A stretch of 64,000 nt of DNA from Candidatus Bathyarchaeota archaeon (GCA_963811105.1 CAWEPZ010000011.1:864001-928000), one strand, 5' to 3'. Positions 10,865 to 21,282 are shown, numbered from the stretch's first letter. Notes: generated by a model not told the origin, from the letters alone. Translations and numbers: made by a program.

Positions 10865-11317
10865 TTAAAGATTGGGTGGATTTTTCCTAAGTGATTCACG
10901 CATTTCTCTTATAGTCTCTTTATTATTTTCGGCTTTCACATTTTCCTTTTCGTTTTGCTCGCTTACTTCTTTATTGTGTTGGTCAACTCGATTATTGACC
11001 GTTTCTACTAACTGCATAACTAATTTAATGTCTTCTTGTAGTTTTTTTGGATTAGTAATAATTGAAATTGTATCCCCCTGCAAATTGTTCGAATAATTAG
11101 ATTCAACCATCGGGAAAGAATCTTTTTGTTTTTTTATTATTGCCAATGGTTGAGCAGTTTTTTTCAATTCCTTTTCAAAGATCTCTTGCCAATCCTCTTG
11201 CGGAGCTCTATCTAAAGGCAATTCAACAAAAAAGGTATCTTCTGTTGTAGATAGCTTTGTTATTTTCAACGTTTCGGAGTCAATTGCTTTAAGATTCGTC
11301 TTTTCTATGATGTTCAA
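10865..11317 (-). CDS. Hypothetical protein with C-terminal coiled coil
   Basis: 150-aa ORF; LPLDRAPQEDWQEIF; charged helical C-terminus. Confidence 0.65.
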   Translation of the reverse strand: MNIIEKTNLKAIDSETLKITKLSTTEDTFFVELPLDRAPQEDWQEIFEKELKKTAQPLAIIKKQKDSFPMVESNYSNNLQGDTISIITNPKKLQEDIKLVMQLVETVNNRVDQHNKEVSEQNEKENVKAENNKETIREMRESLRKNPPNL

Positions 11318-11353
11318 GATGGTTAGTCCTCGAGCATATGAACTTGAATTTGC

Positions 11354-11662
11354 TTATTTTAGCAGTTTTATGCTTTCTTCCAGACTCATTGCTAGCTTGA
11401 TTTCGCTGGTGTTCCAAGCCATCCATTTTAGCAAGACTGGTTCCATAGAGAATTTCTGGAGGCTTTCTGAACTTGGGGCTTCATAAACCCAAACAGTAAG
11501 ATGCTCAGGAATAACAGTCCAGACTCCGATTCTTTTGATGCCGTGCTTCTTTTCCAAATCACCCAATTTTTCCGGCAACTCTAGCGTTATTATTTTCATT
11601 TTCTCATTATTTAAAGGACAGTTCTCAGGAGAATGCCTGGAAATAATCAAAAACGTGGGCAT
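11354..11662 (-). CDS. DUF3303/GYD-like small alpha+beta protein
   Basis: MPTFLIISRHSPENCP...EHLTVWVYEAPSSESLQKF. Confidence 0.7.
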   Translation of the reverse strand: MPTFLIISRHSPENCPLNNEKMKIITLELPEKLGDLEKKHGIKRIGVWTVIPEHLTVWVYEAPSSESLQKFSMEPVLLKWMAWNTSEIKLAMSLEESIKLLK

Positions 11663-11717
11663 AAAAATTCTTCCATTTAAAGGTTAACCGAAAGTAACAT
11701 ATAAGCTTTCAATTTAG

Positions 11718-12186
11718 GGACAAACCAACGCGGGAAGGGAACTAGGGTTGCTCCCGAGCACCCGGTCAACGGCCTTGCGTTTCGACGTCACCCACCTGGT
11801 CGAGTCGAGGCACCACCTATCCACAGCACATCTTGCTCAGCAAATGCCCGGCGTCCAGACACACGCGATTAGGTAAACATAAAAGCGCAGATGTTTTGGA
11901 GTTACTAGCGGGATGAGTATGTTGACAAAAGTTCAAGTCAGGCAAATGGGAACCAGATCCTAGAACAGAACCTGCACCTAGAACAGAACCAGAACCCCGA
12001 AGCGAACCAGCTCCTAGAACGGAACCGGCCGCCAGAACAGAACCAGCAGCGAGAACGGAACCGGTGAACAATAAGATACAAACAGTCAAGTGTCCTTCTT
12101 GCGGTTATCTTTTGGTATATTCCAAAGGAACTGAGAAGCAGAGCATCAGATGCACAAAATGCGGAAACGTCTTCCAAGTAGAGTAG
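11718..12186 (+). pseudogene. Frameshifted remnant: ParB/Spo0J-like HTH region, Pro-rich repeat linker and C-terminal zinc ribbon
   Basis: GQTNAGRELGLLPSTRSTALRF..LVESRHHLSTAH, then KWEPDPR(TEPAPR)n..KCPSCGY..RCTKCGNVFQVE*; no intact start. Confidence 0.4.
11950..12063 (+). repeat. Degenerate 18-bp tandem repeat, about 6.3 units
   Basis: gaaccagatcctagaaca / gaacctgcacctagaaca / gaaccagaaccccgaagc / gaaccagctcctagaacg / gaaccggccgccagaaca / gaaccagcagcgagaacg; encodes EPxxR(T/S) on the + strand. Confidence 0.9.
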
Positions 12187-12203
12187 AATCCATTCAGTTT
12201 TTT

Positions 12204-14489
12204 CTATTTGCCTGTTTTTTGACTTATTTTGCTCAAAAGTCTTTTCAGGATTATGCTTGCTGCTTTTTTATCAAGGGGTTTGTTTTCGTTTCCGCATTTA
12301 GGTGAATAGATGCATGAGGGGCAACCGTCTTTGCACTCACAATTATCAATCAACTGCAGAGTTTTTTCCCAAAGCGGTTTTATGTTTTTGTAGAGGGTTT
12401 CTGATATTCCTATTCCACCCTCAAAGCCATCGTAAATGAAAATTGTTGGGTTCCCAGTGTCTGGATGTAGAGGTGTTGATAAGCCTCCGATGTCCCACCG
12501 GTCACACATCGCAAATATCGGCGACATTGCAATCATCGCATGTTCCACGGCGTGAATTCCTCCGTCAAAATCAAGCCCTCCATCTTGGATTTCTTTTCTG
12601 ATTTCCTCTGGAATAATGAACCACATTCCAACAGTTGAAAAGGATAACGGGGGAAGGTTGAGCGGTTTTCTCTCTATAACTTCATCGTATGATTTGGTAA
12701 TGTAGGTGTGGTAAAATTCTGTTGTAGCTAATTCGCCAAGCCCAACTTGGATGCCTATTTGTTTTTCTTCTATGGTTTTCTTTATGGCGACGTCGACGGT
12801 TTTTAGTGCTTCAGTGTAGTAGTTGACGTTTTCTTGTGTGACTCTGGCGGTTAATTTGTTGATGTCTAATTCTTCGGAAATGTATGTTTCGCCTTGGTGT
12901 AGTAGGACTGCGCCTGCGTGAGCTTCTTCGTAGGCTTTGTTTAGGGTGAGGGTTTCGAGTATGTTTCCGTTGCAGGTGACCGTGACGGTTTTGTCGGAGA
13001 TGCTCTCTAAAGCTACAACTTCGCTGGGTCTTGCGGTTCCGGAGTACACGTAACCTCTCGGTGTTTTGCGGAGTAGGTTTTGCTGTTCAAGAGCTTGAAT
13101 GCTCTCCTGGAATAGTTCCGGGAAATATTTTTTGTCGGTTTCTGTTAATGGCAGTTCGCTTGCTGCACACATAATGTGTCCTACAGAGATGTAGCGGTTA
13201 TGCAGGTCGATTATCGCTTGTTCATGTGGTCTGCCGAAGAAGTCTTGGGGGTGTTTCATGAAGTATTGGTCGAGAGGGTTTTGAAAAGCAACTAATGTTG
13301 CAATTGAATCTGCGTTGGTTCTGCCTGCTCTTCCTGCTTGTTGCCAAGTTGATATTACTGTTCCAGGGTAACCAGAAATAATCACAGAATCCAACGAGCC
13401 AATATCGATTCCCAGTTCAAGCGCGTTAGTTGAAACAACTCCGATTAAGTTTTTAGTTTTTAACCGATTTTCTATCTCCCGGCGTTCTTGAGGTAGATAT
13501 CCTGCTCTATATGCGGTAACTGAGTTGGCTAGTTTTGGTGATCTTTTTTTTAGTTCTTCTTTTGTCCATCTTGTTATGAGTTCAGCCATTTGTCTTGAAG
13601 TGGTGAAGCAGAGTGTTTGCAGGTTTCTTGTGATGCTAATGGTTAGGAGGTCTTTTGTTTCTTGATGGGTAGATCTGCGAGTGGTATTGGTACTATCGAT
13701 GAATGGAGGGTTCCAGAACATGAATGATTTTTTTCCTCTTGGAGCACCGTCATTTGAGATTACTTCGAAGTCTTTTCCTGTTAGTTTTTTTGCGTGTTCT
13801 TCTGGGTTTGCGATGGTGGCTGATGAAAGGATGATGTGTGGGTCTGCATGGTAGTAGTTGCATAATCTCATGAGGCGTCTTAGGAGCATAGCTACGTTTG
13901 AGCCAAATACGCCGCGGTAAACGTGGGCTTCATCGATTATGATGAATTTGAGGTTTGCGAGGAAGCTTCGCCATTTGTAGTGCCAAGGAAGGTATTGGTG
14001 AAGTCCATAGGGGTTGCTTAAAATGATTTTACTGTTTTCTCGTATGCTTGCCCGCTGATGTTGAGGTGTGTCGCCGTCGTAGACGTTTGGGTAGGCTTGG
14101 ATTCCTGTTTCTTTTTCAAGCTCTCTAAGAACTTTTAGCTGATCGTTTGTTAATGCTTTAGTTGGATAAAGGTACAGTGCTGTTGCTTTGAGGTCTTTTG
14201 TAAGGGCTTCGAGAACCGGAATGTTGAAGGCTAGGGTTTTTCCTGAAGCGGTCGGAGTAACAATAACCACGTTTTTGCCTTGTCTGATTTTGTTTATTGC
14301 TTCAGCCTGGTGTGAGTATAGATGGATACCTCTAGTTAGTAGGCAATTTTGGATGTTTTCAGGTAGGGATTTTTCGAGTTCACCAAAGCGAGCTTCTTGC
14401 GGTGGAATTTGTTGTATGTGCACGATTTGTTTTTTGTATGATTGCATATGCTTTATGCTTTGGATGAAGTCGTCTATCAAAGTGTCCAT
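12204..14489 (-). CDS. DEAH-box SF2 helicase with C-terminal DUF1998 (MrfA/YprA/Hrq1 family)
   Basis: TPTASGKT, YPTKAL, DEAH, SATIANP, ALELGIDIG, QQAGRAGR, CDRWDIGG, CECKDGCPSCIYSPKCGNEN. Confidence 0.95.
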   Translation of the reverse strand: MDTLIDDFIQSIKHMQSYKKQIVHIQQIPPQEARFGELEKSLPENIQNCLLTRGIHLYSHQAEAINKIRQGKNVVIVTPTASGKTLAFNIPVLEALTKDLKATALYLYPTKALTNDQLKVLRELEKETGIQAYPNVYDGDTPQHQRASIRENSKIILSNPYGLHQYLPWHYKWRSFLANLKFIIIDEAHVYRGVFGSNVAMLLRRLMRLCNYYHADPHIILSSATIANPEEHAKKLTGKDFEVISNDGAPRGKKSFMFWNPPFIDSTNTTRRSTHQETKDLLTISITRNLQTLCFTTSRQMAELITRWTKEELKKRSPKLANSVTAYRAGYLPQERREIENRLKTKNLIGVVSTNALELGIDIGSLDSVIISGYPGTVISTWQQAGRAGRTNADSIATLVAFQNPLDQYFMKHPQDFFGRPHEQAIIDLHNRYISVGHIMCAASELPLTETDKKYFPELFQESIQALEQQNLLRKTPRGYVYSGTARPSEVVALESISDKTVTVTCNGNILETLTLNKAYEEAHAGAVLLHQGETYISEELDINKLTARVTQENVNYYTEALKTVDVAIKKTIEEKQIGIQVGLGELATTEFYHTYITKSYDEVIERKPLNLPPLSFSTVGMWFIIPEEIRKEIQDGGLDFDGGIHAVEHAMIAMSPIFAMCDRWDIGGLSTPLHPDTGNPTIFIYDGFEGGIGISETLYKNIKPLWEKTLQLIDNCECKDGCPSCIYSPKCGNENKPLDKKAASIILKRLLSKISQKTGK

Positions 14490-15775
14490 TCCTCATAAAG
14501 TTTGGAAAAAAGCGTCCCAAGTGTTAGTAAGTCTTGTTTGTTGTGTTCAATGATTGCTACGAGTGGGCCTGCATTTTTGGTTCTTAGATAGGTGTCGTAG
14601 AAGTGGGGAACCAAGGCTCCTGGAATGTTGATGTCTCTTTTTATTCCGATGTATTTTTCCACGGTTTCTAGTTTGCAGTCGGAGAGTTTGTGTCGTAAAG
14701 CCCTCCTGGTGAAGTGAAGTATGTCAAAATGTGTGTTGTCAAGTGAGGCGTCTAATCCATAGTAAGCTAGTCTTTGCTTAATGTATGGGATGTCGAAACT
14801 TCTGCCGTTATAAGTTATGAGTGATAAGTTGGGTTCAAGTTGTGAAATAAGAGCCCAGATGGCGCTTGGTTCATCTTGGATATCTCTTAATAAAAATTGG
14901 CTTGTACAAACATGAGTTTTTGTTGGTTTGGCTATTCCCAGCAGAATTATGGGTCGCTCTGAGAGACCTAGAGTTTCAATGTCAACTATTGCGAAGTCTT
15001 GATCTTGGCAGAATCCAGCTAAATAATGAAGTAGCGGGTGGGATTTTGGAAGGCGTTGCCATAGCCATTTTTGAATTTGAATGATTTCTTTTTTGTTTAT
15101 TATTTTCATGAAGTCGTGGGCTTGTTTTTTCCAAAGGGGATGATTTTCGAGTTCTTCTATGGTTTTGTAGCCCTGTTGTTTTAGGGTTTGTTCCCGTGCA
15201 GGTCCAATGCCGGGAAGAACTTTGAGGTCTGAAATTATTAGTTGTCTGCTTTCTTGGTAAGTTGCTTTTTTGAAATTAGAAGTGCATGAAGCTGAGATGG
15301 AGTAGCATTCTCCCTGTTGATTTGAAACGACCTCTCCAGCTATTGCCTCTTCAAGAGCTTTGCCTTCGTATTGTTTTATGAGTTTCTTTTCAAGTCTTAG
15401 GGCTTCATCGTATTCGCTGCTCCAAATCCAACTTTCAACCGCCGATTCCTTTGGTTTTTCCGTGGCTTTTTCTGTTTCAGAAATTACCTCATACTCTTTT
15501 GAAATAGCTATCCTTTGTCTGAGACTTTCAGCTGCCCGGGTTAGAGCGATTTTTTCTTTCAAAGAACCATCAGGGTTAGATGACGCGGCTTGATTGCCAA
15601 AACCTCTTTGAGCTAACCTTTGAGCATAACGTTCATCTCGAAAATTTCGCAGCAGAAAAGAACCACAAACCCTGCAAAATCTGCTCTGCTCATACTCTTG
15701 GTTTGAATAAGTTTTGCTGCATTTTCTACAGACGTATTCTATTGGCAATTTATGTTCTGCCTTACATCTATACAA
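14477..15775 (-). CDS. RNase H-like DEDD exonuclease (YprB/MrfB-like) with N-terminal zinc ribbon and HhH
   Basis: CRKC..CRVC; LPGIGP HhH; DIETLGL, TYNGRSFDIPY, HFDIL, HNKQD; overlaps the helicase start. Confidence 0.9.
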   Translation of the reverse strand: MYRCKAEHKLPIEYVCRKCSKTYSNQEYEQSRFCRVCGSFLLRNFRDERYAQRLAQRGFGNQAASSNPDGSLKEKIALTRAAESLRQRIAISKEYEVISETEKATEKPKESAVESWIWSSEYDEALRLEKKLIKQYEGKALEEAIAGEVVSNQQGECYSISASCTSNFKKATYQESRQLIISDLKVLPGIGPAREQTLKQQGYKTIEELENHPLWKKQAHDFMKIINKKEIIQIQKWLWQRLPKSHPLLHYLAGFCQDQDFAIVDIETLGLSERPIILLGIAKPTKTHVCTSQFLLRDIQDEPSAIWALISQLEPNLSLITYNGRSFDIPYIKQRLAYYGLDASLDNTHFDILHFTRRALRHKLSDCKLETVEKYIGIKRDINIPGALVPHFYDTYLRTKNAGPLVAIIEHNKQDLLTLGTLFSKLYEEWTL

Positions 15776-16248
15776 TGATTATAAAAGTCATTCTTTTATT
15801 TGCCCAAAAGCAAATTACAAAAGTATCCAGCTGTTGATATTTCATTTCAGCAAATTTAGTTCTTTGTGCTTTGGGCTGTTTTTTGGTTCGGGCTTGATTT
15901 GTTTTCAGGTTGAGTCACTACAAGTCACCAAAAGTCACTGTAAGTCACAATTCATCAAAAATCAAACTATGTTGAAAACATCAAAAAGTTGAGAGAACGC
16001 CAAGATTTCATTTAGGTTCGTATTTGTATTTTTCGCGCAGTAGTCGTCTATTAGTCAACAAACCAACTATGCTCTCGCCTTTGAGACAACCGGTCAGCCT
16101 AACATGATTGTGCTGCATAATTTCATGGGTTTAGGGAAATATTATTGATAAATGGCAGCGATAGGCAATGCTTTTAAGAGTTCTTCGGTTAATTGCAAAT
16201 TGATACGATAATTAGAAGTCTAATAGTTCATCCATTGAGGGGTTTGAA

Positions 16249-17478
16249 ATGCAATATAGAACAGTACCTAAAAATGGCGATAAGTTATCTGCTCTTGGAT
16301 TTGGCACAATGCGATTACCACTAAAGGGAGAAAACGTAGATGAAGAACGAGCCATAAACCAAATCCGCTTCGCCATTGACAACGGCGTAAACTACGTTGA
16401 CTCAGCTCCACCTTATCATGGTGGCGAGAGCGAGAAAGTGCTTGGAAAAGCGTTACTCGGCGGCTTCAGAGAAAAAGTGAAGATCGCCACCAAACTTACG
16501 CCTTTTCTGCTTGGCAAAGCTGAAGACATGGATAAAATGCTTAGCTTACAGCTGAAAAAACTTCAGACAGACCATATAGACTATTACCTTCTTCATGGGC
16601 TCGAAGAAGAATCTTGGAAAAAACTGCTTGGTTTTGGCGTTTTTGAATTTTTAGAAAAAGCAAAAGCTGATGGAAAGATTGTCAACTTTGGTTTTTCGTT
16701 TCATGGTTCACTTGAAACTTTCAAAGAGATTGTTGACGCCTATGATTGGGTGATGTGCCAAATACTCTATAATTTTTTGGACAAGAAATTGCAAGCTGGA
16801 ACCAAGGGGTTGAAGTATGCTGCTTCCAAGAATCTTGCAGTTATGATTATGGAGCCACTCAGAGGGGGAACTTTAGCTGAAAAGCTTCCAGATAAAGTAA
16901 AGCAGTTTTATGACACCGCTGAGATTCAAAGGTCTCCGGCTGAGTGGGGTCTTCGTTGGGTTTGGAATCACCCCCAAGTAACATTAGCTCTTTCTGGAAT
17001 GAACGACGAAAAGCACGTTATTGAAAACATAAAGGCTGCTGAGAGTGCGTTACCCCGCTCAATGAAACGTGGTGAACTTGCTGTTATCAAGAACGTGGCT
17101 GAATCTTTTAGGAGTCTGATGAAGGTTCCCTGCACAGGCTGCCAGTATTGTATGCCTTGTCCTTATGGAGTCAACATACCCAGCAACTTCAGAATCTACA
17201 ATGATTACTACATGTTTGGTGACGAACAAGAATCACGTGCAATTTACGCCATGATGTTACTGGGTGGCCTAACAGGTAAACGGTCTGACGCTTCATTATG
17301 TAAAGAATGCAAAAAATGTATTGCGCGTTGTCCACAGCATATTGAAATTCCTCAGGAGCTTAAGTCAGTGTTAAATGATTTGGGTGGCCCTAAAACTGAG
17401 GAAATTTTTGCGATGCGAAAAAGCGGGTATCCAAAAGAAGTTGCGAAAACCGCATCAACATCAAAAAAGCGGATCTAA
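16249..17478 (+). CDS. Aldo/keto reductase with C-terminal 4Fe-4S dicluster domain
   Basis: LGFGTMRLP, DYYLLH, MEPLRGG, CTGCQYCMPCP, CKECKKCIARCPQ. Confidence 0.93.
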   Translation: MQYRTVPKNGDKLSALGFGTMRLPLKGENVDEERAINQIRFAIDNGVNYVDSAPPYHGGESEKVLGKALLGGFREKVKIATKLTPFLLGKAEDMDKMLSLQLKKLQTDHIDYYLLHGLEEESWKKLLGFGVFEFLEKAKADGKIVNFGFSFHGSLETFKEIVDAYDWVMCQILYNFLDKKLQAGTKGLKYAASKNLAVMIMEPLRGGTLAEKLPDKVKQFYDTAEIQRSPAEWGLRWVWNHPQVTLALSGMNDEKHVIENIKAAESALPRSMKRGELAVIKNVAESFRSLMKVPCTGCQYCMPCPYGVNIPSNFRIYNDYYMFGDEQESRAIYAMMLLGGLTGKRSDASLCKECKKCIARCPQHIEIPQELKSVLNDLGGPKTEEIFAMRKSGYPKEVAKTASTSKKRI

Positions 17479-17589
17479 TTTCAATAGGTCGTTCAATTAG
17501 AAATATTTAGCGAGATTCAAGTAGTCATGTGGAAATCGAGATTCTTTCCCCGATAGCCTATTTTTCCAGTCAACTTTGTTATGGTTGAT

Positions 17590-17787
17590 TTATATCAGGT
17601 ATTCAACTTTGCGTTTGTGGTATCGTTTGCATTCTTTGACGATTTTTGCCATGTTTGGCAGATACGTCATCCCTGCAGAAAATATGAGTTGCGACGCCTG
17701 ATCATTCCTTGTTTCACGATATTCGGGGCATGCTACACATTCATCGGGGAACTCATTGAAGCATGGACTTTCTATTTCCAGCAACAC
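17590..17787 (-). CDS. Small Cys-containing hypothetical protein
   Basis: PCFNEFPDECVACPEY...ECKRY; GGGGA SD upstream of GTG. Confidence 0.5.
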   Translation of the reverse strand: MLLEIESPCFNEFPDECVACPEYRETRNDQASQLIFSAGMTYLPNMAKIVKECKRYHKRKVEYLI

Positions 17788-18174
17788 TAATCCCCATATA
17801 TAGTTGGGCGTTTAAGTATTTAAAACAAGCCAAAGCAGCAGTTACATTCGTCTCACTGTGTCTTTATTCGTCTACTTGCGTCTCCTTCCGTCTAGAAAAG
17901 ATGTTAAAAAGTTGAGAGTGAGCCTTCCGAAATCATTTCAGGTTGTAACTTGGGAAATTAATCATTTCCTTGACAAAATAACGAAAAAGAGTTGTTGACG
18001 GTTTTTGTGGCAAATTCATTTCTTTGGGTTTTGGTGGGCTTTTTCAATTTGGAGTTTGCTGTGTTTGCAGGTTGGCATCACCATGCACAGAGCGCTAAAT
18101 ACTCCAAAACTCAGCCTCTAATTACAGAAAGAACTATATTTTTGATTTTGGTAATAATAAAATGGTGATTTTAT

Positions 18175-18462
18175 TTGGTGAGTTCTGATAAACTTTCGGG
18201 AAAATTTGTTATTTGCGCAGGCGGTTTTGATCTTGGGGTGATTAATGGGTTAGAAATGAACACTAACACTTGGCAGGTTACTCATTTGCATGTGAAGTTG
18301 TCAAAACCAGCGTCTGAAGACCTTGGTTTCAAAAAAAGATTTGGAAGCTCAAATGTGTGCGTGCCTATCTCATTAGTTGCTAAAGTTGGAGACAATATAT
18401 TGTTAAACAAGTCTCTTGAAGAATTAACCAAACACCCAGAAATTTATGAATGCCGAGAATGA
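18175..18462 (+). CDS. PRC-barrel domain protein
   Basis: LSGKFVICAGGFDLGVINGLEMNTNTWQVTHL...VPISLVAKVGDNILL. Confidence 0.85.
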   Translation: MVSSDKLSGKFVICAGGFDLGVINGLEMNTNTWQVTHLHVKLSKPASEDLGFKKRFGSSNVCVPISLVAKVGDNILLNKSLEELTKHPEIYECRE

Positions 18463-18598
18463 TAGCTAAACCATTCAAATACAGACGTTATGCATCGTGT
18501 TTTCAAGTTAGCAATCATCAAAACACCTATACTGGATTCCTACTATACCCTTAACAACTGTTAGTCCAGTATAATGCCTATTTGATTGTGGAGCAAGC

Positions 18599-18960
18599 TC
18601 ATTTCGAGAGGATCATTTCACCTTGTAAAAGTTTTAGGTGATCAATACACGTTTCCACGGGTTTAACTAGTTTCTTCCTCAAGTCCTTATCAGGAAGATG
18701 CCGGCTTATACGGTTAATCCGTTCAGCTAAAACATTATCCCCAGCCGTGGTTTTAAGCTACTTTCGATAGTTATTTCTTTGAAAATAAAATTTGACTGAA
18801 TCAGCATTTACCGTTTCAAGTTTTTAAACGTAGGTTGCTGAAATTTGTAGCAGTCTGGCCAGTGTTGTGACCAAGATCAGCAATAGAATAGAATCCCTTA
18901 CTATATGGTACGGTGCGTAAGGTCCTATCAATTTTTATGTCTGAAATTTAATATTCTTGA
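18599..18960 (-). pseudogene. DUF5752-family remnant
   Basis: LRTVPYSKGFY..TGQTATN..ETVNADSVKFYFQRN..GDNVLAERINRI..DLRKKLVK, with frameshifts and stops. Confidence 0.6.
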
Positions 18961-19057
18961 GAATCTGTATATTTTAACATGAAATAATCTAACAAAACAT
19001 GTAATTGGTCCGGTATAGTTTGTTGTTGCACGTGTCTTTCTTTATTTCTAAAATATT

Positions 19058-19654
19058 TTAGGAAATAGTGAGTGAGCAAAAAAACGCTACTATGCCAACT
19101 ATTTCACTATCCACTTTGTGCTTTTTAGGCGCGGGTGCAACGGTCTTCTTGGGAATGATGACTTTAAGTAATCCATCTCTAAATGTTGATTCGGCTTGTT
19201 CAGGTATTACTTCTTCAGGGAAATCCAGCTGCTTGTAAATGTGCGAATAAACGCGTTCTCTGACAACAAAGTTCTTCTCCTTATCTTCTGTTTCAACATC
19301 TGTTTCTGCCGAGATTTCGATTCCATCCTTCGTTAGGGCTACATCGATTTTGTCTTTAGTTACGCCAGGCATTTCAGCATGCACAACAAACTTATTTCCC
19401 TCATCAACCAGATCAACAGTTGCTTCCCGGACTGGAACTACAGGTTCAATATTTACCCATTCAAATGGAAAAGCTATGCTTTCAATGAAGTTTTGGCGGA
19501 AATTGTCCATTAAATCGTCGAAGGTTGTCAGTACATGAACTGCAGGGACTTGTTTGTTAGAAATGCGTTTAGCAGGAACATGTTTTACAGGTTTCACTGC
19601 GGCTTCAGATTTTACGATTGCCTTTACCGACGTCTTTTTTTCTTTTTCAGTCAT
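19058..19654 (-). CDS. Small heat-shock protein Hsp20 (alpha-crystallin domain); C-terminal tail possibly extended by a 1-nt insertion near 19111
   Basis: VDLVDEGNKFVVHAEMPGV, FRDGLLKVIIPK; removing one G gives the typical end KHKVIVK*. Confidence 0.92.
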   Translation of the reverse strand: MTEKEKKTSVKAIVKSEAAVKPVKHVPAKRISNKQVPAVHVLTTFDDLMDNFRQNFIESIAFPFEWVNIEPVVPVREATVDLVDEGNKFVVHAEMPGVTKDKIDVALTKDGIEISAETDVETEDKEKNFVVRERVYSHIYKQLDFPEEVIPEQAESTFRDGLLKVIIPKKTVAPAPKKHKVDSEIVGIVAFFCSLTIS

Positions 19655-19798
19655 TTTTTTTCACCTCGATTAATTTGTTATTATAATCCTAAGAATAGGA
19701 AATTAATTGCTGGTTAATTCTATTTCTAGATCGATTCAGCGATCTCGGTTTTATTACGAACCTTCTTTGCAAACCGAGAGAGTGAACTTTTTGGGGAT

Positions 19799-19942
19799 TT
19801 ATTCTTTCTTAATAATCCAGGTTCTTATTGCTTCTTCGACGGCTTTTGATAAATCTCCTTTTTTCCCGCCAAACCTCTCGACTGTTTTTATTCTAAGTTG
19901 CTTTTCCAACTCATTCGGGAGATCTACACTGATTCGACCCAA
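19799..19942 (-). CDS. 47-aa ribbon-helix-helix DNA-binding protein (below the ORF-track cutoff)
   Basis: AGGTGA SD, then TTG: MGRISVDLPNELEKQLRIKTVERFGGKKGDLSKAVEEAIRTWIIKKE*. Confidence 0.8.
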   Translation of the reverse strand: MGRISVDLPNELEKQLRIKTVERFGGKKGDLSKAVEEAIRTWIIKKE

Positions 19943-20310
19943 CTCAATCACCTAATATGTTTGTATTTTAATACACGATTTCACGTGTCAGGTAATCTTC
20001 CAATAAGCGAACTTCAAAATGCCTGATTCTTTTCTTGTTTTTGACATCTTTTCTATCCACTTCAATCCCGCTTATTATCTTATCAACATAAGTTATTATG
20101 CAGCTATACACTTATATAGCTATTGACTTAATCCAGCACAATCAGCTTAAGAAGAAACCCAAGCAATTTGAAAAGTATTGGTTTTTTGAAATTCTTAAGA
20201 TTGAAAGGTTGGAAAAAGACTGCTATAGATTTATTTTCAATGTGAAGTAGGTCGTCACATGATTTATTAGAACCTTATTAATCTAGCTACATATTTCGTG
20301 ATAGGTTTAT

Positions 20311-21282
20311 ATGAATTCCAAAACTGTGCTCGAGCTTATCGGTAACACTCCCTTGGTCGAAACCCGGAATCTAAGTCCCAACGCTAGAGTAAAGTTGTTC
20401 GTCAAGCTGGAAAAGTGCAATCCAGGAGGGTCTGTCAAAGACCGCATTGCCAAGTACATGATTGAGCAGGCAGAAAAAACAGGACAGCTCACCAGTACCA
20501 AAACCGTAATTGAACCAACCAGCGGAAACACAGGCATAGGGTTAGCCTTAGTTTGTCGCGCTAAGGGCTATGATCTTGTCTTGGTTATGCCTGAAACGAT
20601 GACACTGGAGAGACGTCAAATTCTCATATCTCTGGGTGCCAAAATCGTGTTGAGCGATGGAGCTAAAGGCATGAATGGGGCAGAAGATTTAGCCCATGAA
20701 TTAGTTCACAAAAATCCAGAAAATTACTTTATGCCCAACCAATTCGCTAACCAAGCAAATGTCTTGGCTCATTACGAGACCACAGGAGAAGAAATCTGGC
20801 GAGATACAAACGGGCAGATTACCCATTTCTTTGGCGGAATTGGCACCACGGGCACATTGATGGGAGTTTCAAAAAGGCTCAAAGAATACAACTCCAACGT
20901 GAAAGTCATCGCTGTTCAACCCGAGGTAGGCACAGCAATTCAAGGCTTAAAGGATCTGAAAACTCAATACGTACCCGCCATCTGGAACAGAGAACTCGTC
21001 GATGAAGTGTATTATGTGAATCCTAAGTCTGCGGATGAGGCAGCTAGGCTTTTGGCCTTGCAGGAAGCGTTGTTTGTTGGACCCAGCTCTGGCGCGATTT
21101 TTCATATTGCTATGCAGAAGGCAAAGGAACTCTCAGAGGGCATTTTGGTGGCTATAGCGCCTGATGGAGGAGAAAAATATCTAAGTACAAATCTGTGTGA
21201 CCCGGTGCTTTGTCTTGCATGCGTCAAGAAATACGGAATTCAATGCTCTTACAAAAACGGCAGCCCAGTCGTCAAAGGCTAA
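20311..21282 (+). CDS. cysK: Cysteine synthase family PLP enzyme (CysK/CysM)
   Basis: IGNTPL, KLEKCNPGGSVKDR, EPTSGNTGIG, GTTGT, GPSSGA, PDGGEKYLST. Confidence 0.92.
   Translation: MNSKTVLELIGNTPLVETRNLSPNARVKLFVKLEKCNPGGSVKDRIAKYMIEQAEKTGQLTSTKTVIEPTSGNTGIGLALVCRAKGYDLVLVMPETMTLERRQILISLGAKIVLSDGAKGMNGAEDLAHELVHKNPENYFMPNQFANQANVLAHYETTGEEIWRDTNGQITHFFGGIGTTGTLMGVSKRLKEYNSNVKVIAVQPEVGTAIQGLKDLKTQYVPAIWNRELVDEVYYVNPKSADEAARLLALQEALFVGPSSGAIFHIAMQKAKELSEGILVAIAPDGGEKYLSTNLCDPVLCLACVKKYGIQCSYKNGSPVVKG

Noticed and set aside
11950-12063. Tandem repeat as a CRISPR array, or the antisense (GSVLGA)n ORFs 11817-12089 and 11938-12177 as genes
   Set aside because: 18-bp units with no spacers and no cas genes; the + strand frame leads into a clear zinc ribbon, so the - strand ORFs are likely shadows.
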